The notes under the pieces are model-generated. The model searched no databases. It saw only the letters and a program-made list of their open reading frames with translations, and was not told the DNA's origin. Positions 15,019 to 33,759 of a stretch of 64,000 nt of DNA are shown in pieces. The position numbers were made by a program, and so were the translations under genes. This DNA comes from the human T2T-CHM13v2.0 reference genome, Homo sapiens. Positions within the stretch are counted from its first letter, which is position 1. Each line of letters opens with the position of its first letter. The stretch spans positions 2,176,001-2,240,000 of the forward strand of contig CP086569.2 in NCBI GenBank assembly GCA_009914755.4. Reading direction: 5' to 3'.

Positions 15019-15630
15019 AAGCAGAAGAAGTTGTTTGGAGCCAGGATGGCTCATTTGCCCACAGGAACTCACAGGAAGTCTGAAAATAGTCAGGTAGAGC
15101 ACATAGAAGCTGCAACAGCTGTGAGCTCCCCCCAGAGTCCCTGAGCACATCTCTATCGCGCGTGGGGGCTGCTGATGCTGGTATCATTTCCAAAACAATA
15201 AGTCAGGATCTCCCAGACAGACGGGAGTGCTGCCGACAGCCTTCTCTGTTTTTCTTTTTTTAAAATTTTTAGTTATTCTACGTATGAAAACCAAAAAGTA
15301 CCTGAGACAAGTCTCCATCAATTTAGAAAGTTTATTTTGCCAAATTTGAAGATGCAGCCTCAGGAACTCCTGACAACATGTCCCCAAAGTGTTTGGGGCA
15401 CAGCTTGCTTGGTTTTATGCATCTTAGGGAGGCATGAGACATCAATCAGTCTATGGAAGATGTACATTGGTTCTGTCCGGAAAGGTGGCACAACTCGAGG
15501 CAGGGAGAGAGCCTGCATTTCATAGGCTGATAAGAGACAAATGGTTGCTTTCTTTCGAGTTTCTGATTAGCCTTGTACTGAAAGCACGATGTACAGGAAT
15601 ACTCACTTATGCCTTAGTCTGGCTTAGTGA

Positions 15631-16009
<379 letters not shown>

Positions 16010-16289
16010 TTAACTATGAGTTATTTCTGTCCTTTGTCTACAAGGAATTTCCCTGTGGGGATATTATGAGGGAAGCATGTAGCTTTTAAACAAATCTTTG
16101 TAACTATCTTATTTTAGAATAGAATGGGAGACGGGTTTGCCCAAAACAGCTCCCAGATCGACTTTTCCCTTTGGCTAAGTGATTCTGGGATCCCGAGATT
16201 TATTTTCCTTTCACACATACATAATAGTTGTACAAATTTATGGGGTACATGTGAGATATATATATATATACATACATATACATATATAT

Positions 16290-16860
16290 ATTTTTTTACT
16301 TTACGTTCTGGGATACAGGTGCAGAACGTGCAGGTTTATTACATAGGTATACATGTGCCATTGTGGTTGGCTGCACCCATCAACCCATCATCTAGATTTT
16401 AAGCCCCGTATGCATTAGGTATTTGTCCTAATGCTCTCTCTCCCCTTGCCCCCCACCCACCCCACATGTGATATTTTGATATCAGCATAGAATGTGTCAT
16501 GATGAAATCAGGATAATTAGGGTACCCATCACCTTAAGCATTTATAATTTCTTTGTGGAAATCACATTCCAATTCCACTCTTTCAGTTATTTTGAAATAC
16601 ACAATAAATTATTGTGAATACAGTCACCCTATGGTTTGGCCAAACACTAGACTGTATTTCTTTTATCCAACTGTATTTTTGTACCCATGAACCATCCTCT
16701 CTTAATCATCCCCTCCCACTAACCTTCCCAGTCCCCAGTCACCATCATTCTACTCTCTATCTCCGTGAGTTCAATTTTTTAAGCTCTCACATATGAGTGA
16801 CGACAAGCAATGTTCTCTTTGACATTTTCCCCTGTCCTTCATTCCATCAAACAAACCTCA
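16290..16860 (-). mobile_element. L1 (LINE-1) 3'-end fragment, older primate subfamily (L1PB/L1MA-like), reverse orientation. Preceded by (TA)n
   Basis: T-run, then TTTACTTTACGTTCTGGGATACAGGTGCAGAACGTGCAGGTTTATTACATAGGTATACATGTGCCATTGTGGTTGGCTGCACCCATCAACCCATCATCTA...CTCTCACATATGAGTGACGACAAGCAATG. This is the reverse complement of the canonical L1 3' UTR/ORF2 end. Confidence 0.8.
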
Positions 16861-16957
16861 TTTTACCATGATGCCACCATGATATAATAACAGCTGCACA
16901 TGCAAAGCCATTGATTGTAACATGACTTCATGACCTGTGCATAAAAAAGCATGCTAG

Positions 16958-17263
<306 letters not shown>

Positions 17264-17323
17264 CTAGTTATGGCCCATCTTTGCTTGTGAAGGATAAAAA
17301 TGATTATAAATTTTTCCCTTTCT

Positions 17324-17628
17324 GGCCAGGTGCAGTGGCTCATGCCTGTATTCCCAGCACTTTGGGAAGCCGAGGTGGGAAGATCACTTGAGCTCAGGAG
17401 TTCAAGACCAGCTTGAGTAACATGGCGAAACTCTGTCTCTCAAAAATACAAAAAATTAGCCAGGCATGGTGGCATGCATCTGTGATGCCAGCTACTTGAA
17501 AGCTGAGGTGGGAGAATCATTTGAGCCCAGGAGGCGGAGATGGCAGTGAGCCGTGACTGCATCACTGCACTCCAGCCTAAGCCACAGAGCGAGAACCTGT
17601 CTCAAAAACAAAAACAAAACAAAAAAGA
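17324..17628 (+). mobile_element. Alu SINE
   Basis: GGCCAGGTGCAGTGGCTCATGCCTGTATTCCCAGCACTTTGGGAAGCCGAGGTGGGAAGATCACTTGAGCTCAGGAGTTCAAGACCAGC... (CAAAA)n tail. Confidence 0.9.
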
Positions 17629-18093
17629 AATGCTTCTTTTCAGCCTCAAGCTTGATTGGTCTTTCCTACTCTGGGCTTTAGACAAGGGATGGTCAGTTTT
17701 CTGAAGCTGTATTTATTCAAAGTTCTGCACAGTTTTACTTTAGCAAATTTCAGACAATGAACATTGTAGGGTTTTTTTGTTGTTTTTGACCTTTTGAGAT
17801 CCTTAGTTTTGGAAGCAGCTGTGATCGTTTCAGTGACTATGTGGGCACTCATAGAATGTTTATATCTGAAGTGTCTGGTGTTGGGGGGGAGATTAAAGAG
17901 ATGGTGTCTTTGAAATCTGTTTCTAAATCTGTTATCCAGTTTAAAATTCTCTTTCATTGTAACGAGCAGAAAGACAATAAGAACAGGTGCAGAGAAGGCA
18001 GGCTGTGTTGTTCTTTCTTCAGAGTGGGAAGCTTCGTAAGATTCAGGGGCTGGCAGTCACCAAACCCCACATAAACCTGTCTGTGTGCTTTCA

Positions 18094-18430
<337 letters not shown>

Positions 18431-18483
18431 CTAATGATGACTACATTTTTGTTTCAGCTCCAATGTATCTTTCTAAGGTCAGA

Positions 18484-18728
18484 TTTCTTCCTTCCTTCCT
18501 TTCTCTTTCTCTCTTTCTCTTTCTTTTCTTTTTTTCTCTTCCTTCCTTTCTTTCTCTTTCTTTCTTTCTCTTTCTTTCTCTTTCTTTCTTCTCTTTGTTC
18601 TTTCTCTCCTTCTTCTTATTCTTTTGTCTTCTTCCCCTCCCTCCCTCCCTTCCCTCCCTCCCTCCGTCCCTCCCTCCCTTCCTTCCTTCTTTTTTCTTTT
18701 CCTTTCTTTTTTTTTCTTTCTTTCTTTC
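18484..18728 (+). repeat. Polypyrimidine (CTTT/CTTC/CCCT)n tract ~245 bp
   Basis: Pure C/T run including (CCCTCCCT)n at 18641-18675. Abuts the reverse Alu fragment at 18730. Confidence 0.9.
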
Positions 18729-18729
18729 G

Positions 18730-18846
18730 AGATGGGGTCTTGCTATGTTAACCAGGCTGGTCTTAAACACCTGGCCTCAAGCAATCCTCCCGTCTTGGCC
18801 TCCCAAAATGCTAGGATTACAGGCATGAGCTACTGTGTCCAGCCTG
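18730..18846 (-). mobile_element. Alu left-arm fragment (reverse)
   Basis: GAGATGGGGTCTTGCTATGTTAACCAGGCTGGTCTTAAACACCTGGCCTCAAGCAATCCTCCCGTCTTGGCCTCCCAAAATGCTAGGATTACAGGCATGAGCTACTGTGTCCAGCC. Confidence 0.8.
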
Positions 18847-19177
18847 AGGTTTCTGTCTTCATTCTCCATTGCATGCTTGTCCACCATAGAGTGTATTCAA
18901 CTACATGTTCTGTAAAAGCATCATAATGGAAAAACATTTTTTCTTTGCTTTACATTCCCATATGTTCCATGTATGAAATCCAGAAAAGGCTAAGTTCTCA
19001 GACATGATCTGCTCCTGTCGGAATTCTAAGGACTGAGGGAGAGTACATTATTCTCACATTCTAAGTCTTAAAGTCATTCTCAGTGCTTTCACTTTCAACA
19101 TTTTTGTCTGAACGATGACCGCATGTTCATTTTTCAGGGTGCATTTTGGTCTCCAGTTTAAATATCCTATCTGTGAG

Positions 19178-20263
<1,086 letters not shown>

Positions 20264-20371
20264 AAAGAAAATTTTTTCCTGATGAGAAAATGTCTGACAG
20301 TTTTCCTCAAAATTTGTATCGTTGTACAGATGTCCAAGTTGGTAGCTCAGGAAGTCTGTAATTACCAACAA

Positions 20372-21505
20372 CATTCTTCATCATCGTCACTGTCATCACC
20401 ATCATCATCATCATCCTCACTGTCACCATCATCACTGTCACCATCATCATCACCCTCATCATCATCATCCTCACCATCATCATCACCATCATCACCATCA
20501 CCATTATCATCCTCACCATCCTCACCATCATCATCATCCTCACCATCATCATCACCATCATCACCATCACCATTATCATCCTCACCATCATCACCATGAT
20601 CATCATCCTCACCATCATCATCACCATCATCACCATCATCCTCACTGTCACCATCATCATCCTCACCATCATCATCACCATCCTCACCATCATCCTCACT
20701 GTCACCATCATCATCCTCACCATCATCATCCTCACCATCATCCTCACCATCATCATCACCATCATCATCCTCACCATCATCATCACCATCATCATCCTCA
20801 CCATCATCCTCACCATCATCATCCTCACCATCATCATCCTCACCATCATCATCCTCACCATCATCCTCACCATCATCATCCTCACCATCATCCTCACCAT
20901 CATCATCCTCACCATCATCATCCTCACCATCATCATCACCATCATCCTCACCATCATCATCACCATCATCCTCACCATCATCATCCTCACCATCATCATC
21001 CTCACCATCACCATCCTCACCATCACCATCATCATCCTCACCATCATCATCCTCACCATCATCATCCTCACCATCATCACCATCACCATCCTCACCATCA
21101 TCATCCTCACCATCATCATCACCATCATCATCACCGTCATCATCACCGCCATCATCCTCATACACATCATCATCATCCTCACCATCATCCTCACCATCAT
21201 CATCCTCACCATCATCATCCTCACCATCATCATCACCGTCATCATCCTCACCATCATCACCGCCATCATCCTCATACACATCATCATCATCCTCACCATC
21301 ATCATCACCATCCTCACCATCATCACTCTCGCCATAATCATCACCATCATCATCCTCGCCATCATCATCGCTGTCGCCATCATCACCATCATCATCCTCA
21401 CCATCACCATCACCACTGTCACCATCATCATCACCATCATCCTCATCGTCACCATCATCATCACCATCTTCATTATCACCATCACCATCATCATTATTAT
21501 CACCA
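20372..21505. repeat. Complex triplet/hexamer minisatellite (CATCAT / CACCAT / CCTCAC)n, ~1.13 kb
   Basis: Uninterrupted strict 3-nt periodicity over more than 1.1 kb (ATCATCATCCTCACCATCATCATCACCATC...). It gives 300-440-aa pseudo-ORFs in all frames (poly-Ile/Thr, poly-Ser/Pro, poly-Asp/Glu/Gly, poly-Met/Val/Arg). Confidence 0.9.
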
Positions 21506-22408
21506 AGCTTAAATGCTTGCTTTGCCCTCTTTTCCAGAGACTCTTGACCTCTGGTTTTACTGTGTGTACCAGAAAAGTCTTCGTAATTATGTGGCCTCTG
21601 ATTGTTTTTTCTAAGAGAGTAAGAGGAATCACGGTGGACGTATTCTGCCTGAATGTGTCGAAACCGTGCTAAGAGCTCTGAACATGAATATTAACATTGG
21701 GTATTTACTTTTCCTGTTCCTACGTGTCTGTTTTTTAAAAAAAACAATTTTATCATGGACATTGAGGATGATACGTTGTGGTGCAGTCAGGTATTTTCCT
21801 TTATAGAAAGAGTCTATTCCTCTATAGAAGAGTCTATCAGACAGTTAGCTTCGCTGGATATACACTTTAATCTTTGTGTTTGCTGAAGTGGGCAGGAGTT
21901 TAAATATCTGCTCAGTTCTTTCAACATCACACTGATGGATTCCTCTTGGTTCTCTGAGGTCTCCCCACACATGCATAATCCAGATGACCAAATATTTGGG
22001 CAGCGTTCAAATCCAGACTTGGAGTTCCCTTAAACCGTTGCATATTCCCCTTTTAAACATTTCCTCCTCGTGTTGCAGGGTCTCTGGCAGCTGCCAGCTC
22101 TCTCGTGACTCTTCAGGCTAGTAAACCTGCAGAAGTTCTCACTTCCCCAGAATTAAGCGACTTTGGGAAGCCCCCTGCAGAAAGGATGTGCAAATGCTAA
22201 TCTTCACAGGGCAGTTCCCCATTTGTCAGAGAGTTCCTCTGCCCACATTTCTGCCTGTTTGGGGCCAAGGGTCTTCACATCGTTTTTTAAAAGGCTTCAT
22301 CCAGAGTTTATCCTTGTGATCTCCGGGACGTTCTGTCCAATACACACTATTCTTCAACGACTGGAAGTGAGAGTCGAGAATTAAGAGCAACTTTAAGGAT
22401 TCAGATTT

Positions 22409-22720
22409 GCCAGGCACAGTGGCTTATGCCTGTAATCTCAGTATTTTGGGAGGCTGAGGTGGGCAGATGACCTGAGGTCAGGAGTTCGAGGCCAGCCTGG
22501 CCAACATAGTGAAACTCTGTCTCTACTAAAAATACAAAAATTAGCCGGGCATGCTGGTGCATGCCTGTAATCTCAGCTACTTCAGAGGCTGAGGCAGAAG
22601 AATCACTTGAACCCGAGAGGTGGAGGTTGCAGGAAGCCAAGATCGTGCCACTGCACTCTAGCCTGGGTGACAGGGTGAGATTCTATTTCAAAAAAAAAAA
22701 AAAAAAGAAGAGAAAAAAAA
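22409..22720 (+). mobile_element. Alu SINE
   Basis: GCCAGGCACAGTGGCTTATGCCTGTAATCTCAGTATTTTGGGAGGCTGAGGTGGGCAGATGACCTGAGGTCAGGAGTTCGAGGCCAGCC... A/GA tail. TSD AAGGATTCAGATTTG. Confidence 0.9.
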
Positions 22721-23066
22721 GGATTCAAGTTTCAAGTGGTCAAGCAAGAGAAGGCTTTGGCCTCAGAATTCGAGTCTCAGCACTTTCATCTGTCATGAAA
22801 ACATTACGTCATGTCTTATGACTTAGCTCCTGGTATGGCGAGGCCTTTGAAGTGAGATGATTTGAGAGAAATCTCACATTCTAAATGTGAGGTTTTTAAA
22901 ATTACATAAGTAATATTATATAAAATATCGGTCATAATGATTGTATGCAGTAAGTGCTCAATAAATACTAAATGTGATTTTTGTGATGTGCGATACATTT
23001 CAATGCTTCACTTTAAAAATTGGTCGAATTACACTTGTGATTATTTTACTATTAAAAACAAAATGT

Positions 23067-23400
<334 letters not shown>

Positions 23401-23720
23401 TTATTATTATTACACAGAAGTTTGCTCATTGTTAAGCCTTCTCATACTCAATATTGGATATTTTCTCCACCGTAATAACACCAGAAACCTATTATCCACT
23501 GTTTCAATAAGGAAATTAAATCACTTAGAAGTGTTTCGTTTTCAAAAATCTACTGACGCGTTTCTTAAGTGTGTGTAGGACATAATGATTTTCTCCTAAA
23601 ATGTACAGCATGGGAAAGAGGCCGGGGGAAGGATAATTTTTTAGTGAAGAAAGCTGACAAACACCATCTCGACCAGATAACTGAGGTCAACATGCACTGT
23701 GAGAAGTCTTGTGGTTGTGA

Positions 23721-24105
<385 letters not shown>

Positions 24106-24144
24106 CCCAAACCCCATCTAATCATGAAGAAAACATCAGAAAAG

Positions 24145-24365
<221 letters not shown>

Positions 24366-25269
24366 ACATGAGAAAAATCCCAATAAAAGGACTTCCGTCA
24401 AAAGGCTTGCCCAGTGCTTTTCAAAGCTGTCCAGGTCATTCATCTGAATCAAGAAACGTCTGGAAAACTGTCCCAGCCAAGAGGGAACCCAGGTAGAAGT
24501 AATAACTAAACACCCTGTGGAACTGTGGGGCCTGTGAAAGGAAACTAACCCGGGCCCCGACAAGCTGGGAAGTGCCCAGGGCAAATCGGCCTCTCATTTT
24601 ATTCAAGGTCACCCCTCTGCTTACTGAGATAGACGCATATTCTAATTGCCTCCTTTGGAGAGGCTAATCAGAAACTCAAAAGAAGCAACCATATGTTTCC
24701 CACCTACCTGTGACCTGGAAGCTCCCTCTCTGCTTCCAGTTGTCCCCGCCTTTCTGGAAGGAACCAATGGACTTCTTACATATATTGATTGATGGCTCAT
24801 GTGTGCCTAAAATGTATAAAACCAAGCTGTGCCCCGACCACCTAGGGCACATGTCATCAGGACCCCATGAGGCTGTGTCACAGGTGCGCGTCCTTAACTT
24901 TGGCAAATAAACTTCCTAAAATGATTGACAATTGTCTTCTAATTTTCTTGACTGACAGACCCTGGATGGGATCCTAAACATTAGAAAAAAACTAAAGAAA
25001 TCTGAATAGGGTATGGGCTGGTTAATAGTAATGTATCAAGAGTGGTTGGTTAATTGCCACAAATGCACCGTACTAATTGAAGATGTTTATGACGGGGGTA
25101 TAAAAGAGCTCCTTGTGGTATGTTTGAAACTTTTCTGCAAATCTGAAATCATTCTGAAACAAAAAATGTAACTTAAATCGACATTAAATGTCAAATTGCA
25201 CTCTGTTAAAGAATCAAGATTAAGATTCAAGTTCCTCTCAATAAACTACAGATTAAAAACCCCTCAAAG

Positions 25270-25588
25270 GGCCGGGCACAGTGGTTCATGCCCTGTAATC
25301 CCAGCACTTTGGGAGGCTGAGGCAGGTGGATCACCTGAGGTCAGGAGTTTGAGACCAGCCTGGCCAACAAGGTGAAACCCCATCTCTACTAAAAATACAA
25401 AAATTAGCCATGTGTGGTGGTGTGTACCTGTAGTCCCAGCTACTCGGGAGGCTGAGGCAGGAGAATCGCTTGAATCCGGAGGTGGAGATTGTAGTCAGCT
25501 GAGATCGTGCCGTTGTACTCCAGCCTAGAGACAAAGCAAGACTCTGTGTCAAAACAAAAACAAAAACAAAAAACAAACAAACAAAAAC
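25270..25588 (+). mobile_element. Alu SINE
   Basis: GGGCCGGGCACAGTGGTTCATGCCCTGTAATCCCAGCACTTTGGGAGGCTGAGGCAGGTGGATCACCTGAGGTCAGGAGTTTGAGACCAGCC... (CAAAA)n tail. Confidence 0.9.
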
Positions 25589-26312
25589 CCTCCAACGATC
25601 TCCTCAATCTCTTCTAACTCTATGCATGAGAATCTGTAAATATTATAGCAGCAGGCAGCATTACAGAGCCCCAAAAGACCTATGTTCGTTCAACATGCCC
25701 TGATTCACTATTTCGCCCAAGGAGACTCTGATAGCAGAGGCGACATGTCAGTTCATCTTTTATTCAATGCAGAAGTGTCCCAGATTGATTCTGTCTTCAG
25801 AAACTGTGCTGACTGCAATACTCTAAAAACTGAGCCTATACCTGGGTAAGCTGGTTTTCTGTGAAACAAGTTTATAGGAGAAGCATCACAGATCACCCAG
25901 TGTTTAAAATATCACTGCATTCAAATATCATTATTTAAAAGAAATGAATACAATCATCATAATAAAAATGCAATCTTTCCAGCATGAGTTTCTGGGGAAT
26001 CTGCATATTTTTGATCCTCTTGGGTCCTGTGTCATCCTCCCTGACACGGAGATAACATTGTAAACGTGAGGTTTTTGAAATTACGTAAGTGATATTCTGT
26101 GAAATATCAACCATAATGATTGTATGCAGTAAGTGTTCAATAAATACTAAATGTGATTTTTGTGATGTGCGATACATGTCAACGCTTCACTTTAAAATTG
26201 GTGGAATTACTCTAATAATTATTTTCCCATGAAAAATGTGGTATTTAGCACTTTTATTGGCATCTTACACACAGTGTGTCTGTTATTCCCCCAGACATTG
26301 TAGGTTAGTCTT

Positions 26313-26443
26313 CGCTTCCCTCCCATTTCCTCTCCTCTCCTCCCCTTTCCTTTTTCCTCACTCTCTTCCTCCCTTCCTCTCTCTCTCTCACCCTCTCTTT
26401 CCTTCTTTCTTCCCTCCCTCCCTCCCTTCCTTCCTTCCTTCTC
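26313..26443 (+). repeat. Polypyrimidine (CCTC/TCCC/CTTC)n tract ~130 bp
   Basis: Pure C/T run ending (CCTCCCTCCCTCCCTTCCTTCCTTCCTTC). Abuts the reverse Alu at 26444. Confidence 0.9.
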
Positions 26444-26731
<288 letters not shown>

Positions 26732-26999
26732 TGATAGAGTTATTTTTTTCTTATATTTCATCACATATCCATGCCTGGGTTACCTTCCATAGTGTTATTT
26801 TACCACAACGACAACAAAATTCCTTTAAAAATTTTTTTCTAGAAATCCATAAATACATATGTCAACAAAGTTAAGCTGTTGAGTTAAGCCTAGTTAGGTG
26901 AAGGTTTGCCTTAGAGGTAGTGTGTTTAGACTTGACTTGGGAAAAATAGACACATATTGGAGGAATCCTCTGGAATTTAAGGGCACGGAAGAATGTTGG

Positions 27000-27352
27000 T
27001 GATATGGTTTGACTGTCCCCACCCAAATCTCATCTGAATTGTAGCTCCCGTATTTCCCACGTGGTGTGGGAGGGACCAGGTGGGAGATAACTGAATCATG
27101 AGGGCGGTTTCCCCGATACTGCTCTTGTGGTAGTGAATGAGTCTCAAGAGAACTGATGGTTTTATAAGGGGAAACCCCCTTCACTTGGCTCTCATTTTCT
27201 CTTGCCTCCACCATGTAAGATGTGCCTTTCGCCTTCCACCATGACTGTGAGGCCTCCCCGTCACGTGGAACTGCGAGTCCATTAAACCTCTTTTCATGAT
27301 CAATTATCGGGTCTCCTCAGGTATGTCTTTATCAGCAGAGTGTGAACACAGT
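27000..27352 (+). mobile_element. THE1-type MaLR solo LTR, intact (~350 bp)
   Basis: TGATATGGTTTGACTGTCCCCACCCAAATCTCATCTGAATTGTAGCTCCCGTATTTCCCACGTGGTGTGGGAGGGACCAGGTGGGAGATAACTGAATCATGAGGGCGG...CACCATGTAAGATGTGCCTTTCGCCTTCCACCATGACTGTGAGGCCTCCCCGTCACGTGGAACTGCGAGTCCATTAAACC. Confidence 0.85.
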
Positions 27353-28504
27353 TGGTTTCCTGGTAATTTGCAGTGATAGCCAAAGGGTCTGTGCAGTGCA
27401 TAGACACATATTTCTAGGGCAAGAGGGCAGGGGCTGTGCACACACAGATGGGTGTAGCAGGAAGAAGGTGGTGCAGGCAAGCTGAACAGTGAAAGAGGTT
27501 TTAGTGCAGGGACTCTTTACTGAAGTCTAGCCAGAATGTTAGGGAAAGCATTCAGAGATGGTGCAGAACCTGCAGGCTGGGAAACAGGAGTGCTCACCCC
27601 CAACTCGAGAATGATGGCAAAGGAAAGAGAGAGAGGCTAGAACCCAGCGAGGGAGAACTCAATGAACAACGCCACCTGACAGGTGCTAGGACACTGGATT
27701 AGAGGAGAAAGCCAATGTCAGATGGAACCCAGGGCTAAATCCCTCCAACTTTACTCTCCTCCTGTCTCCAACCTCAGTGGCAATTCCCCAGGGTCAGAAC
27801 CAAAAATGGCAGCCAGAAGGCAAGAGAACCCTATGGATGTAGTATCTGTGAGTCATCCTCAGCCTCCTTGCCTCCCCATTCCCCCTGCCACTCTCCCCTG
27901 GGTTGAGAAGGTTGGAGAAGTGTACAAAGTGGGTCAGAGAAACAAAAGGAAGAAAGTTGGCACAAGCATTCAAGAAAAGTGATAGCAGGTATAGGAGAAA
28001 GGGATGTGCCATGCTTTTGTACCATTGAAACATTTTAATAGGGGAACAAAAAACTCTAATTAGTATGTGACAAAGGAAAAACAGAAGGGACTGAGGAAGG
28101 CGGGGAGGGAGAGCGTTTATTCATTTAGCAGAGATGTCTGACTGCCAGGCGGACGCAGGACCTGAAAAACACCCAGGGACTGTAGTGAATCAAACTCAGC
28201 CCTGTTTGTTTCGAATGCACTCAACGTTAGCCCCGACTCCGGCGAGATTTCATCGTTTTGGGAAAGATTCGTTGGCATCCTCTCTAAAAGCATTTGCCCA
28301 AATATGTTTTTAGAAAGCAAGCACGTTTTTTTCCCCTTGGATCACTACATGAAAAAATACTTGGAAATAGTGCTAATATGTGAATGTAATTAATGTCACT
28401 GCATGGTACACTTAAACATGATTAACACGGGGCCCCGGATGTTTTATATATATATTATCATAATTAATACATATTACATTTTAGCATCCTTTACCTCCCT
28501 CCAC

Positions 28505-29195
28505 GTATTAGTCCATTTTCATGCTGCTGATAAAGACATACCTGAGACAGGGTAATTTATTTTTTATTTTATTTATTTACTTATTTTTTTGAGACAGAAT
28601 CTCCTTCTGTTGCCCAGGCTAAAGTGCGGTGGTGCGATCTTGGCTCACTGCAACCTCCATCTCCTTTGATCAAGCGATTCTCCTACCTCAGCCTCCCTAT
28701 TAGCTGGGATTACAGGCGTGCAGCACCACGCCTGGCTAATTTTTTTATTTTTTAGTAGAGATGGGGTTTCACCATGTTGGCCAGGCTGGTCTCAAACCCC
28801 CAACCTCAGGTGATCTGCCTGCCTCGGCCTCCCAAAGTGCTGTGATTACAGGCGTGAGCCACCATGCCTGGCCAAGACTGGGTAATTTATAAAGAAAAAG
28901 AGGTTTAATGGACTCAGAGATTCACGTTGCTGGGGAGGTCTCACCGTCATGGCGGAAGGCGAAAGGGATGTCTTACATGGCAGCAGGCAAGAAAGAAAAT
29001 GAAAGTCAAGTGAAAGGGGAAACCTCTTATAAAACCATCAGATTTCATGAGACTTATTTACTACATGAGAACAGTGTGGGGGAAACCGCCCCATGATTCA
29101 ATTATCTCCCACTGGGTACCTCCCACAATAAATGGGTATTATGGGAGCTATAATTCAAGATGAGATTTAGCTGGGGACACAGCCAAACCATATCA
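28505..29195 (-). mobile_element. THE1-type MaLR solo LTR, reverse orientation, carrying a nested Alu (28561-28873)
   Basis: TATTAGTCCATTTTCATGCTGCTGATAAAGACATACCTGAGACAGGGTAATTTAT | Alu | AAGACTGGGTAATTTATAAAGAAAAAGAGGTTTAATGGACTCAGAGATTCACGTTGCTGGGGAGGTCTCACCGTCATGGCGGAAGGCGAAAGG...AGATGAGATTTAGCTGGGGACACAGCCAAACCATATCA. Confidence 0.85.
28561..28873 (-). mobile_element. Alu SINE, reverse orientation, nested in THE1
   Basis: (TTTA)n/T-rich tail, then GAGACAGAATCTCCTTCTGTTGCCCAGGCTAAAGTGCGGTGGTGCGATCTTGGCTCACTGCAACC...GGCGTGAGCCACCATGCCTGGCC. TSD GGGTAATTTAT. Confidence 0.9.
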
Positions 29196-29877
29196 CCCCC
29201 AAAACACAAGACACACAAATGCATAGACACAAACAGACACACACACACTCAAGGATTTAATGATTCTATTTTTTGAATGTGTGTTTACTTAAACTATACT
29301 ATTAATCTTCATACAAACTAAATTTGTTCTCACCTTTTCTGGAAGAATCACATGATCAAAGATTTGAGTTCTCCATGAGAGAATGGGGGGAAGAATTCAC
29401 ACCACAATTCCCAGCCTAATATCAGAATATCAGACATCCAACTAGAAGCTAAGGTGCTTTTCCTGAGGCAGTTTAGTCATGAATGGATGTTTGTTTGTTG
29501 TCGTGTTTATATATAGCTTCTACCCTACTTTATTCTAAAATGGCCATGGCATTGATAGCTGAAAATAATGTCTGAACCTCTTTAAAAAAAATGTCTTTCC
29601 AAGTTTTAAATGCATTTACAGCCCAAGGATTGCAAGATTCTTGTGAATTGGTTTGGCAAAGATTCCCCCAGGCATTGCACCGTCATGGCTGGGTCACCTT
29701 CCAGAGTGCTGTTTTCAAATCATTGGTTTTCTTCTACAATTTTTCTTCTAAAAATCTATAAACATATGTTACCATATGTCAACAAAGTTAAGCCATTTAG
29801 TTAGGCCAATTAGGTAAAGCTTTGTATTGGCAGCAGTATCACTACAGGTGATTGGGGAATAGGTGAGAATTGGATAG

Positions 29878-30300
<423 letters not shown>

Positions 30301-30353
30301 TAATGGTGCTTTCCAAATGTTTCCTCTGCATGGCTGTATATCTATTGAGGCTA

Positions 30354-31316
<963 letters not shown>

Positions 31317-31808
31317 GAATAAAATCATATCTTTTGCAGCAACATGAATAGAGCTGGAGTCCATAATCCTGTCAATTAATGCTGAAACAGAAAACCAAAT
31401 ACCACATATTCTTATTTATAAGGGTGGGGCTAAGCATTGCGTACACGTGGACTTATGTCATGGGAAGAGCAGTCACTGGGGAATACAAGTGGGGGTAGAG
31501 AATAGGAGGATAAGGGTTGAAAAAGCTCCTTTTGGGCACTATGCTCACTACCTGGGTGACGGTTTCATCTGTACGCCAAATCTCAGCATCACACAATATA
31601 CCTTTATAACAAACCTGCACAGGTACCCACTGATTCTAAAATAAAAGTTGAAAAACAATTAAAAAAATAAAGTGGTGCTTGCCACTCTTGGAACAGGCCT
31701 TGGTCCAGTCTGAACCAGCCTTTGCAAATGAATTGGTAGAGACGCAAAGTTTCTACTCTAAATAGGTCAATAATGCCTTCTGGAATTGTAAGAAATAAGG
31801 AAATTCTC

Positions 31809-32168
<360 letters not shown>

Positions 32169-32434
32169 CTAAAAAGATCAGCATGAAAGGATATGAAACT
32201 TCCAAAGAGTCTCCAATATTTTCTCATCTCCTGGCCTCTCCTTTGTAATTTAAAATAAAATTACTGGACCTCACACCAAAAACTTAGTGCTTCTCTCAAG
32301 CCAAGTACCTACATTACATTTGACAGGCCACCACCCCCAGATGGCCTTGGTTTTCTTGTCTGCAAAATGGAACAGGATGGACACATGCCCTTTGAGACGT
32401 CCCCAAGATCCAAATTCGATTTGTGCTTTTACTA

Positions 32435-33622
<1,188 letters not shown>

Positions 33623-33759
33623 CTGGTAATTAAATATTTGATGCATGAATTGGTTACGGGTCGAAGTATATTTCCTGTCCCCCAAAGATACGCTAAAATG
33701 ATAACCCTTGGGACCTATGAGTGTGACTTTCTTTGAAACCAGAGTTCTTCTACATATTA

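Noticed and set aside
20307-21672. Three very long ORFs (441 aa Met/Val/Arg-rich, 305 aa Asp/Glu/Gly-rich, 358 aa Ile/Thr/Leu-rich)
   Set aside because: All three are different frames of the same CAT/CAC triplet array. Being open in every frame is a property of a 3-periodic repeat, not evidence of coding.
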